Positions 11,839 to 23,976 of a stretch of 64,000 bases of DNA are shown here, in pieces. The notes beneath the pieces are model-generated. The model ran no database searches. It had not been told where the DNA came from and was given only the letters and a program-made list of their open reading frames with translations. This DNA comes from Podarcis pityusensis (Eukaryota). The position numbers and the translations under genes were made by a program. How positions within the stretch are numbered: position 1 is the first letter of the stretch; the number at the start of each line of letters is the position of its first letter. The DNA is taken from NCBI GenBank assembly GCA_964106645.2, contig OZ067042.1; one strand, given 5' to 3'.

Positions 11839-14800
11839 GGGAAAATACTTGCTTTGGGTTTCACTGTCTTGCACCTCTTCACATCTTAGAATGTCTTGCA
11901 TGCATGACATTTACATGCCCCCCAAACCCTGTGTGTGTACTGGTCCTCGTAAGGAATCCAAACACATCTGTTTCATTGCACGTGCAGTGGGGGTGGGGCA
12001 GATATTTGTCTGCTCAAAAGATGTTGTGATGCCTGCAGGGAAGCAAATAGAAGACTGAGGAGGGTGCCAGGCATAACTTTTAAATGTTAGGACATTGTTA
12101 ATGAAGTCGGCATCCTCTTTCTATGTGTAGTTAAAGCACTGTGAGTCCCACCCCCACCCCCAAGACCCTCCCCTGTGCAAGGTCCATAGAATTACTTTCT
12201 GCTTGCACAAGAACAACAGGGTGTCAGTCACGCCGGAAAGATTCCCAGGGGCTGATTTGTACGACTGAACCACTGGCACAGCTTAAGATGTGGCAGATTT
12301 GTCAAATGCTAGGTCTGTCTGGGGGATGAATTAGAGAAGGACTTAAAAGCGCAGCTCTCTGTGGCTCTGTTATTTAACACTTGACAGAATGCTAATTGGA
12401 AAATAATCTGACCTCGTCACCAAAGACCATATCACGCATCATGTGTGGGAATGTGGGCTTGATGGCATCTGTTACGAGCAGGAAAGTTGTTCTTGTTGTT
12501 GTTTTAAGAGATCTGATAGCTGTGTTTTAAAACAAAAAATCCCAAAACACACACCCTCCTGCTGGTTTTTATTACTGGATCTAAGAAAGAACAGAGCTAG
12601 TAGATAGTAAACTGACATGATTGACAGCAGTAACTGAGGATGGAGCACCCTAAGTGTGCATTCAGTGTTTAGCTTGGGATCACTAGTAATGCACACAGAG
12701 TATAGCTTTATAGGTGATTTAGAAATAAATATGAAACCAGATGGGAGCAGAAAATTTACTAGGCATGTGATGGAGGGGCTGCAGCTTTTATGGTTTGTGA
12801 TATGCCATTGTGTAAACTCTGGAAATCGTAAGTGAATACTTGTTCCATTAGGAAATCCTTGGGTCTTTGCTGCATGGATTTATGACACAGGCTGACTGGC
12901 TTTGATTAGTCTCACACTTCCTGTTCGCTTTTCCACTTGGAAAATAGCACAGATAAAAGGTTCAGAGGCATCCCTACATTCATCCATTTTGGAATGAGCT
13001 GTGTGTTTGTGTGTGTGGAGAAATATATAAACAAGACCAAAGCTGTGTTTTCTCCATTAGTTTCTCTCTGCCCTTCCCAGCTCCCCCAAATTTCTGGTGT
13101 GGCTACAGTAGAATGCTAGACCACCCATTCATTCCTGGAGAGCATAGCTCAGATCTAATTGGACCATTGAAGGTGGCACCTTGGCAGATTCAGCCAGTGC
13201 TAAAGAACTTATGAGCACTTCCACACTGTCACTGTTTTCAGGTGGGGTTCAATAACATACCAGCAAGCCGAGGTTGCAATATTTGTTGTTGTTTGGGAGG
13301 TCTTGCCTACAGACCCACTTCCCTTTGCAGTAGGGAAAGTGACAGGAAAAAGCAAAGGAAAGTTTGGGATGTGACATGATGCTGTGTAACCTCCCTGCAA
13401 ACAAACTAGGGCGAATGCACATTACATAGCCTGTGTCAGTCTGATCTCCCTGCAAACAGATGGGGATGAATGCTCAGTGAATCACCCGATCCCTGCAGCA
13501 GTGGCATAAGGTAGCAGATACTCTCTCTAGTACTTACACTTAACATCAACCGTCAGTAAGGATGTTACTCTTAACATCAGCCTAGCAAATATTTACAGAT
13601 GTTCACAAGTCACAAGCCCATAAGCCTTTTATTCTTAGTAGTCCACCAGTCCATGTGTAACTCTGCTAGTTATTTGTGGTCTGAAAGAGGCAAAAAAGCC
13701 ACCAACCTTAACTGTTTGGAGACAGTTTTGTTTATCACTGGCTGTCAAGTATGTGACTGTCTGCAAACCTGTTCAGTGTTCTTATTGAGCCCTCAAGCAG
13801 TGGCCAAAACCACTTTCCTCTACAACCTGTTGCATTGAGACCTGTGTATGAGGACAGTGCCAGCAACAAGCATTTGTGGTTGCCCGGTCTCCTTGAAAAC
13901 AGAGCTGCTTTGACTCTCCTTCTTGACTGCACTACTTTCAGGAAATTAAAACACTAGAAATATTTCCTTTCCAGATGGTGAAGACTAGATAAATGGTTGG
14001 TTGACCTACAGTTCTGTTTGACTGCGTGCAAAGTAACCATCATTTAAGCTGTTGGCTTACCCTGGAAATGTGTTGACCGTGTTCTGTGAGTGTATATCAT
14101 TTTCTCTCCTGGATTTAACAAACTGGTCCTGTGAGTTTGCCACAGAAGGCAGCTATGTCCAACGCTGACAGCATTGGCACCTGCATACCACAGAGCCTTC
14201 TCTCAACCCTGGAAACATTTTGCAATGTTTAATTGGAACAGATAGCCCAATACATGTCTCTGTGTGTTTGAAAGTGTTTGGTGGGTTTTTAGCTCCTGCC
14301 CCCAATCCCTGGCAGGTGATGGGCACTCCCATCCCATCACAGGCCAAATCCACTAGCTCTTCCTCTTGCACTTCCTGCCTTGAAACACCCAGGTTTTCCT
14401 TAACACTATATGCTTGTAAATCATGTCTTTTGGGTTCTACTGCAAGCCACTCTTTGTGAACTAGTCAAACCTAAATGAACAGCATTTTTTTCAAAACACA
14501 ACCTTGTCGTTTTAGTAATACTAATAAAAGAGAATTATTATTTTTTTAAGTGCTGGTGTATTTTGGTGTCTGGTCTGCATTAAACTTAGATGGTGAGAAT
14601 ACTGCAGGTGGCACCGCCCGAGGGGAATCCCCAATGACAGCCCAAGTGGTGAGGTCGAGCCATCCTCCCTGCAACGTACCAGGGCAGGGCAGCAGTGAGA
14701 TTGGTTTGCTGTGCAACCCTCATCTCGCACTCCCACTGATGTACCTAGGAAGCCCCACCCTTGCCTCCAATCTTCTGCCACACCAGCAAGGTAATTGTGC

Positions 14801-16284
14801 CAATACCAGTGTTGGGAGGGCAACTCCACCCCACCACAAGAGCCATTTCTGTACCCCACTGCCTGCAGTCTCTACTAAGAACAGGACCTTTTCTGTAGTA
14901 GAGACTTAACCATGGAACTCCTTCTAAAGAAGGTCCATTGGCCTAATTCTGTCAAGAGGCTTTGCCCAGGGGCAATGAACCCGTGGCTTTCTAGATGTTG
15001 GGGTTCCCAACACAGCAGCAACCTTCTGGATTACTTTTGAGCACTTCCAGCCTGTCACTGTTTCCGGGTCACAAATTCAGTTTTTACAACTATACGTGAA
15101 AGAAAGAGGTCTTTTACAGCAAGCCTGGATCCCCAAAAGGTTGGATAGTTCATCTCCCCTTAGATGAAGGTCTTATAGTAATAAGGTACTTTCGTAGAAA
15201 GTGCTTGTAGCAAGGCATTGAATTCGCTTCCCAAACTAACCTTAGCAGCTGGTCTAATCTCACTCATAGAGAACTGCTCTTAATATGAAATTGAGAAGTA
15301 GACTTGAGTGTTTAGTGGCCTTTTTGGAGTAGAATCTTATATTGTAAATAAGATCAGATAATTAGAAAATTGGAAGTTGATGGCAGTGTCCACAGAAATA
15401 GTCTTCTGCATACAAAATGCAAGTGGCAGATAATGGAAAGAGAAACAAAGCAAGTTAAGACAACCTGGTGCAAAGACAGGCAAGGCTCCTGCATCTTTTG
15501 CAGAGATGAGGAAGTCATCTTGGCACAGCTTTTCCCGTCTCTTCAGGTCAAAACAGCAGCTGCCAAAACTCTTCTGCCTCTCTGTCGAAGGTATCGGAGT
15601 TCTGCCATCCTTTCCCAACTGAACATCTTAGAAAAAGTGTTGCGTAAGAGTGAAAAGGTCTTAAGGCTAAATGTCTGAGACGGGGTGGCTGGGTGGAGAA
15701 GTTAACACTTGCCTCTGAGACTCCACAGGCTGTTAGAGGAAATGAATTACTGAGTGGCAATGTACACAAACATTTGATTTGCTTGAAATATGTACTTATT
15801 TCTAGCCTTCAGAAGAGCAAGGTAAAAAGTTCAAGATGGCTTCAAGCCTGCTAACCTTTTTAAAGAAAACATTCAAGTCTCATTCCTTCCTGCACTGAGA
15901 TGTGAGAGAAAATTAAATATTCTGATTTTATTTTCGCATCAGTCTTTCAGACTACATCCGTGATGCTAGAATCCTGAAACGGCAGCATAAATTTCCTTGT
16001 CAGTGCTCCCTCTTCCCTCCTTTTCATGCTGCTTAATGATGCAATATCTAACTCACATTATTCTCTTTAAGAATAGTGACTTTGAACTAAACTTTACCTA
16101 CTATTGATATCGCTCACAACAAGCTGGTTTTTAGTGAGACCGACAGGCTTGTATCCCCTTCCAAGGTCTATCTGCAGTTTCAAGGTGGAAGGAAGACTAT
16201 TGGTGGTCACTTTCAAACCAGTAGATAATAGCTGGTGACCCTGACCTCAAAATCACAACATTTCAAAGCACTTCGGATATCTTA

Positions 16285-16425
16285 GAATGTCATAGAATCA
16301 TAAAGTTAGAAGGGACCACAAGGGTCATCGAGCTCAGCCCCCTGCAATGCAGGAATCTTTTGCCCAACTTTTCCTCCTACGACCCTGGTATTGAGAGTCT
16401 TGAGCTCTACCAACTGAGCTATCCC
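16285..16425 (-). mobile_element. tRNA-derived SINE with CR1-like tail
   Basis: The reverse complement begins GGGATAGCTCAGTTGGTAGAG (A box) and ends in the CR1 tail 'cctgcattgcaggggg...cccttctaact..atgattctatga'. Confidence 0.7.
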
Positions 16426-18130
16426 AAATATGATCCATCTATGAAAGTCCATCACTTTTCAGTTCCCACCAATTTCCGTGGAAGGAGTTTTAAGCATGTG
16501 TTTAACAGCCCCACTGAAACCAATGGAATTTAGAAGTGCTTAACATTTGTCTAGAGTATCATGCTTAACCCTATCTTTCTTTCTCCACCTGCCTTCCGGT
16601 TTCTAAACGTTTCTGGCCTGGGATTGGCATGATGTTGCTGTTGTGCTGGCTTAATGAACATGCCTGACAATAAACGGGAAGGGGAAGCCCCTCCCATCTT
16701 GGGCAAGGCTGGACTACAGTTCCCATTGTCTCTGATGATTAGCCATGCTGGTTGGGTCTGTTGGGAGTTGGAGTCCCGCAACATCATCCAGGAACATCCT
16801 TAGTTGCTCGATTACTTGGCAGAGCCTGCCAGCTTTTGTGTACTATTCGACCATTATCAAATCCACTCATTTGCAGGAGATGCAATGAACGTGATTCTTG
16901 GAAGGGTCCTTCTGTGGCTAAAGTTGCTCACACTTTAGCCAGGAGTTGGGAATCACATTGTGTCTACGTGATCCACAAACATGCATCTTGAGATCCACCA
17001 AGCCAAGTCTAAACCATCCTGTCCTGTAGTATGGTAGGGACAGTGGTTGGTGGTGTGTCCTTTCTTAGCAACCCCAGACAACCAGGGAGAACCAAAGATT
17101 TTGAGCCCTTAGTGGTCATTGTCTGTTTCTGATGGGTTCCCTTCAGCTGGGCATTCAGAAGCTTTGCAGGACCAACCTAAACAATAAGCCTTATAGCTAT
17201 TAACTCTGGTAGCTGTAGGGTGAGTTATTCCCACCTGTTTTAGCAGAAAACAGATACTGCAACTGCTTCCATGAGCATTAAGAGGCAGGTGGGAGGGGTG
17301 TCCCTGGGCATCAGGCACTTGGTATGTTGTTGCTTATCTTCTCCAGCCTTGGGAATAAGGATGTGTGAAGGGAACTGCTTTGAAATCTCGCTGGCCCAGC
17401 TGCAGAGTCACCTTCAGCCTTCCAGGTTCTGGTTTCCTTTTGTCTGTTCCATGGAATGATTTGGGCAATGTTTACATGATGCTGGTGAACGGTTTTGAAA
17501 AGCAAAGCGAAGAAAATGCAGTCAAATGGATCGTTTCAAGGCAGCCCTGTTTACCATTCCCAAGAAGACGAAAGTCGGAGCGGATTTTTTTTTTGGGGGG
17601 GGGGGAATCGCTATCCAAGGGACATTCTGCTAGTCAGCATTGGGTACTTTCCCCTTGATTTGTGTCTGTAACGTGAGGAGAAGGAGCCGCAGATGCATGC
17701 TGAATTCTGCAGGGAGCATATGCATGCGCTTAAATCATTTACAGCTTTTTTACGGGTGCAATTGTAAAGCACGTTTCTTTTTTGCATCCGTAATTAGCTC
17801 CCAAACAGATGGTGAAGGAGTGTAGCACCCGATTAGGCAAGCTTTTGCTCTGCTGGACTACATTGGAAAAAGGAACAAAGCTCTTCGGAAGTTGCCTAAT
17901 TTATCACACAGTTATGCGAAGGAGGATATAACTGTGTTTTCGCAAGAGTGGGCCAAGCCGGCATGCCAGGGCGTGTTAACTAATCTGCATAATGCTTAAG
18001 CAACTGACAAACATTAATGTCTCCCTTTTAATGGTGCAAAGGCCAAAGATTCTTTCGGGGGACCAGATTGTTCAGCATCCCTCTTGATTTGCTTGCACTA
18101 AGCTTTTGCAGTGGTACCGTGAGACTACTT

Positions 18131-18487
18131 GGGACGCGGGTGGCGCTGTGGGTTAAACCACAGAGCCTAGGACTTGCTGATCAGAAGGTCAGCGGTTCGA
18201 ATCCCCGTGACGGGGTGAGCTCCCGCTGCTCAGTCCCTGCTCCTGCCAACCTAACAGTTCGAAAGCACATCAAAGTGCAAGTAGATAAATAGGTACCGCT
18301 CCGGCGGGAAGGTAAACGGCGTTTCCGTGCGCTGCTCTGGTCCGCCAGAAGCGGCTTAGTCATGCTGGCTACATGACCCGGAAGCTGTACGCCGGCTCCC
18401 TCGTCCAGTAAAGCAAGATGAGCACCACAACCCCAGAGTCGGCCACGACTGGACCTAATGGTCAGGGGTCCCTTTACCCTTTACCTT
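18131..18487 (+). mobile_element. Full-length Sauria SINE (Squam1/POM-type; tRNA head, Bov-B-like tail)
   Basis: GGGACGCGGGTGGCGCTGTGGGTTAAACC head, GGTTCGAATCC B box and (ACCTTT)n tail. Exact 13-bp TSD TACCGTGAGACTA at 18115-18127 and 18488-18500. Confidence 0.95.
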
Positions 18488-19119
18488 TACCGTGAGACTA
18501 TGGCTTCACCGACCGTTTATTCTGATTTGTTTATAGAGAGGCTACATAATAATGAACACCCATCCTGTCTGACTTGAAGAGTGGTCACACATCTGCCCAT
18601 CAATGCACTTCTCCACCACTTTCCAAACTGCGAAAAGTCCAGTTTTCAAAAAGCAGGTTTTTAAAAGCGAATTTGCCGCACGAAGGCGACAGAGTGCCTT
18701 AATCCACTTGGAAATACTCAAACCATTAAGTTGCAACGTGCGTTTGAATCCCTCCTGCAAAACACTGGCAGTCTGGGAGGCACCCCAGATGTTGTCCTTA
18801 CAAATGATGATCTATCTATCGGCGGTGCGTACGTGCCCCAGGCGACATAGAATAAAAACACTGGTGTTCAGACTGTTTGCAGCCGTTGCCTTCCCTGCTT
18901 GTCACAGGCTGATTGATGGCTTAATTGTTGTGCTCTCACCTGCTCTTGTGCTGCTCTCGTCAATCAAGTTACTGAGCTCGGAGGGAAGGGACACGTGTCA
19001 CTCCTGCGGAAGGGACAGAGATGAGGAGGTGTCGCTCTCCTTCCCTGTGTGGGTTGAAGCAGACGATTGGAGAGAGGGACCGAAAGGGGTTGGGAAAGGA
19101 ATGGGAGTGAGCAGAAAGG

Positions 19120-19815
19120 GTGTTGCAGAGCTGGAAAAGTTTCGGGAAAAGGCAACCAAAATGACCAAGCAGCCGGAGCAGCTCCCCTTTGAGGAGAGCT
19201 TACAACATTTCATAAAACCGTAGTGTTCAAAGGGGCCCTGAGGATTGTCTAGTCCAACCCCCTGCAATGCAGGAATATGCAGCTGCCCCATATGGGGAGT
19301 CAGCCTGCAACCTTAGCATTATCAGCACCACGCTCTAACCAACTGAACAATTGGGAACTTTAGAGAAAAGACAAGCAAGAGAGGGAATGATAGAGGTATA
19401 CATAACATGCGCAACGTGGAGAAAGTGGCTATAGAAAAGTTTCCTTTCCGCCCCTCTCACAACGCTAGAACCCGTAGGCATTCGATGAAGCTGGATGTCG
19501 GGATGTTCAACACAGACCAAAGAAAGCACTCCTTCATGCAGCACATAGTCACAATGATGGGGGGCCATTCTCACCAGATGCAGTGGTGCCGCCAACTCGG
19601 ATGGCTTTGAAAGAGGATTAGATTGATGCCTAATGGCTGCTGTTTGTGGTGGGGATGGGCTACTTTCTCTGCTGGAGGTAGCATGCCTCTGAGTGTCAGT
19701 TTCTGGGAACTGCATAGGAGGAGAGTGCTGTGGCTCTCAGGCCCTGCTTGCGGGATGATGAACAGGATGCTGGACAACGAAAGGGCCATTGGCCTAATCC
19801 AGCAGTCTCTTTTTA
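19120..19815 (+). mobile_element. CR1 LINE 3' fragment interrupted by a SINE
   Basis: ORF2 C-terminal-like text (ELEKFREKATKM...LPFEESLQH) continues after 19346 into CR1 3' sequence ending 'gggccattggcctaatccagcag'. Confidence 0.75.
19215..19346 (-). mobile_element. tRNA(Ile)/CR1-tail SINE nested inside the CR1 fragment
   Basis: Reverse complement of the element at 3029-3185 (…attatcagcaccacgctctaaccaactga). Confidence 0.8.
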
Positions 19816-20222
19816 ACATTCTCAATGGGTTGTTTCTGTGGTTAGGTTTTGTATTTATTTTTCCTAAGGGGGAAAAAATTTTAAGAATTGAAAACATTGT
19901 GCTGGTTTCTTTCTATCTCCCGCTCTAGAATTTGCTTTCAAATTGAAAGACACCCCGTGCCTCTGGGAGAGAGTGGGATAAAAATCTAAACCAATTAATT
20001 AACTCAAGGAGAGGTTTCTCTCTGTGTGTGGTACTTTCCCCTGGGGACTGTACCATCTCAGTCTGCAGGTGGGCAAGCATATTTGCTAATGCTCCCAAGA
20101 CGGGTGCAAACTCTTTATTTCCTAATGCATTTTCAGATTTTGCATCCAGTCTTGTTTTATTTTATTATTATTTTTAAAAAAGCTCCCCAAGATGGCGAAC
20201 ACCCAAACCATATAAATTACAT

Positions 20223-20268
20223 ATATTATATTATATTATATTATATTATATTATATTATATTATATTA
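20223..20268. repeat. (ATATT)n microsatellite
   Basis: About 9 perfect units. Confidence 0.95.
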
Positions 20269-21062
20269 TGCTACCTATCAAAAAACAAACCATAGGCGCC
20301 CGCTCCTAGGGGCCAAGGCACTTTTGGCCAGGCCCCCTCAATGTTCAGAGGGTGTTTGGCCCCGCCCCCTGGCTCCTCCCAACATTGCACATGTGACGTC
20401 AAGACATCTTGCAACGTCAAGATGTCGGGTCGGGCTCCCTCAGTCATCTTGAGAAGATGGCTCCATTGAGACAAACTGACTGAATTTGGCAGCCATAGAC
20501 AAAAACAATGAGTGCAAAGGAGAAACTCAGCAGAGCCTGTGTCTCTTGACCCCTGTCCACCACTGGTAAGCAGCTCCTTGAGGAACCTCTACAAGGGAAT
20601 GTGGCCCCCTAAAGCAGTGCTGTTGCTGTGTTCCTCCCTGGTATTGGTACCCAATGAAGGATGCTCTGTAAGTGCTTTTATTACTAAACAAACGCACAAA
20701 TAAATTACTGCTGAGGTGAACCCACAATTACAAGGCCTTGAGGCGGTTGTGATGATGTTAGCTGGCATATGCTCTTGGGTGTGAATGGGATTTGGTCAAG
20801 GTATGTGCGGGAATGTGATGCATGCAAGGAAACTGGTGGTTATTCATGGATGAAATCTGTGGAAGTTGGCAGGTTGAGGTTAACAAAGAAAGTTTCTGGT
20901 GAAGGTGCACATGCCCTTCAGAGGCCAGGGTTAGCCTTAAAGGCTCTACGGCCCCCTCATGTGCTTTTTGAACATCTATGGGTGTGTGGATGTGGGTGTC
21001 ACATGAACCTTTTTTGCTCTCTTGCTCTAGTTTTCTCTATGTGAGACAGGAGGAGGAGTTGA

Positions 21063-21731
21063 GGGAATGCTCATCCAATTTGCAGATGACACCAAACTGG
21101 GAGAAGGCAGAATCAGGACTCAAGATGAGCTTAACAGACTGGAGAACTGGGCCAAAACTAGTAACATGAATTTCAATAGGGACAAATGCCAGGTTCTACA
21201 CTTAGGCAAGAATAACCAGCTACAAAAATATTCAATGGGTTGCCCGTATTACATGTGAAAAGAATCTAGGGGTCTTAGCAGACCACAGGCTTAACATGTC
21301 AACAGTGTGATGCAGCAGCAATACAAAAAGCTAATGTAATTCTAGGCTGCGTAAATAGAAGTCTAGTGTCCTGATCAAAAGAAGTAACAGTGGCACTATA
21401 TTCTGCCTTGGTCAGACCGCACTTGGAGTGACCAAAGTACAACCAAGATGATCAACGGTTCTGGGTCTGGAACGGCTGAGGGACTTTGAGTATGTTTGGT
21501 CTGGAGAAGAGGAGGCTGAGAAGGGATATGACAGCCATCCTCAGATATCTTAGGGCTGTCACAGAGGGCAGGACCCAAACCAATGGCTTCAAGTTACAAT
21601 CCACTGGAGGATTTTAATCAGAGATTGGATGGCCATCTGTCGTGGAAGCTTCAGTTGAGATTCCTGCATTGCAGAGGGTTGAACTAGATTACCATTGGGG
21701 CCCCTTCCAACTCTACAATTCTAAGATTCTA
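21063..21731 (+). mobile_element. 5'-truncated, internally deleted CR1 LINE (RT relic)
   Basis: ORF 21067-21258 reads FADDTKL...LNRLENWAKTSNMNFNRDKCQVLHLGKNN (non-LTR RT FADD motif, CR1 type). The element ends with cccttccaactctacaattctaagattcta. Confidence 0.92.
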
Positions 21732-21776
21732 ACTGTGGCTCTTCATCGAGGGGGAAATCTTTCAAAATACATAATA

Positions 21777-21994
21777 CAGTGGTACCTCAGGTTACAGACG
21801 CTTCAGGTTACAGACTCCGCTAATCCAGAAATAGTACCTCGGGTTAAGAACTTTGTTTCAGGATGAGAACAGAAATCACTCAGTGGCAGCAGCAGGAGGC
21901 CCCATTAGCTAAAGTGGTGCTTCAGGTTAAGAACAGTTTCAGATTAAGAACGGACCTCCAGAACGAATTAAGTTCTTAACCGGAGGTACCACTG
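21777..21994 (+). mobile_element. Tigger-like Tc1/Mariner MITE
   Basis: TA TSD; TIR CAGTGGTACCTC / GAGGTACCACTG; same family as 26748 and 56872. Confidence 0.92.
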
Positions 21995-23832
21995 TACGCT
22001 ATAAGAGAGATTGTCTCCCTCCATACAATTTGTTATGTAAAAAGCAAAGAAAAGTAAAATTTCTTAGTGATCCACTGAAAAGTAATTAATATTGTACACA
22101 TAATGTGTGATAGATAACACTTCCTATAATGAATACTGTGATGTTTTGTTGTGGACTTAGCCCAGCATTCCTGTGTAAATCAACAGGGCAGCAACGAGAT
22201 TACAAAGGTCTGAACGAAATTGAAGTCTGCTGTTTTTGGGGTGCTAAAGGTTCTGTGGTTGGGGGTGGGGGAGGACAATGACAGTGAGTCCTATGGCATC
22301 TTAAAAGACCCACACACCGATTATGGAACAAGTTTTCATAACTCCACTTTGTCAGGTGTGGAATTTGAATTAAGCCTCCAGGTGGCGCTTTTTACTGAGC
22401 CTCTTCCGTCTTTTCTTCCTCATGCTCTAACACGGTGGCTGAAAGCGACATTTTATTTTATTTTTATTTTCACGTTTTGCATTAGGGAGAGCTAACAACA
22501 CAGTCCAAGAGTATATTCACACGGAACATTATAGCTGTTATAGTTCACTCAGTAGATGGATGTGTGCAGGTTTTCCCAAGGCTGAACTAACTGATCCTGA
22601 AAAATAAGGGCCCACATAATTTCCCAACACACTTCCAGGTTGCACTTACTCTAGAGGAGCTGGTGGAGACAGTTTTGTGCTGGATCATGGTCCAAAGCAG
22701 AGCGTGGCATGTTTAAGCCTGCTGAAATCAGATACGTTAAGGGTTCCTAACTCTATGCAGGTTGTGGCCTTTGGGTGTAATGCATCAAGAGCAAGCCTAG
22801 GTGCCCTTTGCCTGGGAGGAAACTCCATTGAATGCCATGGGAATTACTTCTGAGTAAGCATGAATAGGATTGTTCTGCAAGTGTCTTAATAACTACTATT
22901 CTGGTTACATAGGTAGATGAATTATTTCTGTGCATATTTCACAACAACAACAAAAACTAGATGGCAAAAAACAGAAATATTTACCGTCCATTCTATCCAG
23001 ATAAGCAAGGTAAATTAAGTATTTGAAGCCCTTGCACAAAAATTTGGTAAAGTGTCCTCATGTGTCATTTATTAAAATGTTTCTATGCATCAGTCTTCCT
23101 CCAACATCAGTCTCAAGGCTGTATGCCATAATTCAAAAAGACTATAAACTATACACGTAAGTTTGTGCGCACATGACTGGTCTAGCACCTGTTGGGAGGA
23201 AACCACTTTCATATCATAATTTGTGTCTGCAAAGTTGCTGAAAAAAACAACCTACCTCCGTTCAGATTCTCCTCCACCCCAAGAATTGTTTTAGGCAAGT
23301 GCACAAACAATTCTCCTTACACAATACACACACACACAATGTATAATGAGAAGAGTCACTAGCTGTCAAACTGCTGTCGCCAAATGGAAATCTTTGCAGC
23401 AATTGCTTGCCTTGATGCAAACCTTCCCAAGCTACGCTAAACAACAGGACTACAAGATACGGTGCAACAATTAAAGGGCATGGAAGTGTTTCCCACAATT
23501 CCACCTGCTTTTGCCATGTTTGCTATATAGTGGTTGAAAAGGTGTGTGTGAACCCAGCAAGCCTGCTGGGTTTTTCACTGCTAGGGTGAGAAAAGATATT
23601 CTGGGCTGAGGGTTATTTCCAGGTGAGCAGGCTGTTTCTCCATTTCTCAAAAATCAAAAAGCCCTGCCATGCAGATAAGACAAATGCCTCTTCAGAAAAC
23701 TGAGAGTGCAAACTTTTAGGCGGTAGGTCTCCAAATCCAGTCTCCAATCTTCTTGATTTATTCCTAGTTTTCCCAAAGCTTCTGAGCTGCTGAACTGTGT
23801 ATGTTGCAAAGAAGTACAGGGATGGGTTCATG

Positions 23833-23976
23833 GAATCAGGAAGAACTTTCTGACAGGAAGAGCGCTTCGACAGCGGAACGGACTCCCATGGAGGGTGATG
23901 GACTCTCCTTCCTTGGAGATTTTTAAGCAGAGGTTGGATGGCCATCTTTCATGGATGCTTTAGCTGAGATTCCTGC
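23833..23976 (+). mobile_element. CR1 3' fragment
   Basis: aggaagaactttctgacag...ggactctccttccttggagatttttaagcagaggttggatggccatct. Confidence 0.8.

Noticed and set aside
18603-19223. 206-aa ORF
   Set aside because: No splice or domain signature; only the tail is CR1-derived.
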